Assembly: GCA_038087875.1 (NCBI GenBank)
Contig: CM075994.1
Span: forward strand, 4,156,001-4,220,000
Length of the DNA: 64,000 bases
Source: Malacoraja senta
Lineage: Eukaryota
Reading direction: 5' to 3'
Positions 63,902-64,000 of this stretch are shown piece by piece. Each line of letters opens with the position of its first letter. Position 1 is the stretch's first letter. The notes under the pieces were generated by a model. The model saw only the letters and a list, made by a program, of their open reading frames with translations. It did not search any database and was not told where the DNA came from. A program made the position numbers and the translations under genes.

Positions 63902-64000
63902 GTAATCCGTTCACAATGGCAGATGTGTATTAAACACAGAATGTGATTTGATAATTACGATCCATGTGTATACTTTGGTTCTAGTTGTATTAGAATTTTG

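Overview
Repeat-dense vertebrate genomic DNA, most likely from a cartilaginous fish (skate/ray-like; inferred from HE1-type SINEs and abundant HER1/CR1-type LINEs). Nearly every ORF in the track is a retrotransposon or its antisense shadow. The elements are many CR1 copies (one nearly intact and full-length at 44859-49918), an L2/CR1-group element with a 2A-like motif, a 5'-truncated L1, RTE and Rex/Babar fragments, Penelope-derived short repeats carrying minimal hammerhead-ribozyme motifs, and GC-rich MITE/SINE-like inserts. Between them, and invisible to the ORF track, is a chain of about 15-20 short plus-strand AG...GT-bounded segments. Most are 18-36 nt, a multiple of 3, phase 1-1, and encode charged helical peptides. 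They look like the micro-exons of one or two unidentified coiled-coil host genes. Other highlights: a U_UUA_AAC -1 slippery site joining CR1 ORF1 to ORF2, seen in two diverged copies; a ~605-bp direct duplication flanking the L1; a 91-bp tandem monomer 5' UTR; and a perfect 153-bp palindrome with a 14-bp TSD. All calls were made by eye with no database searches.
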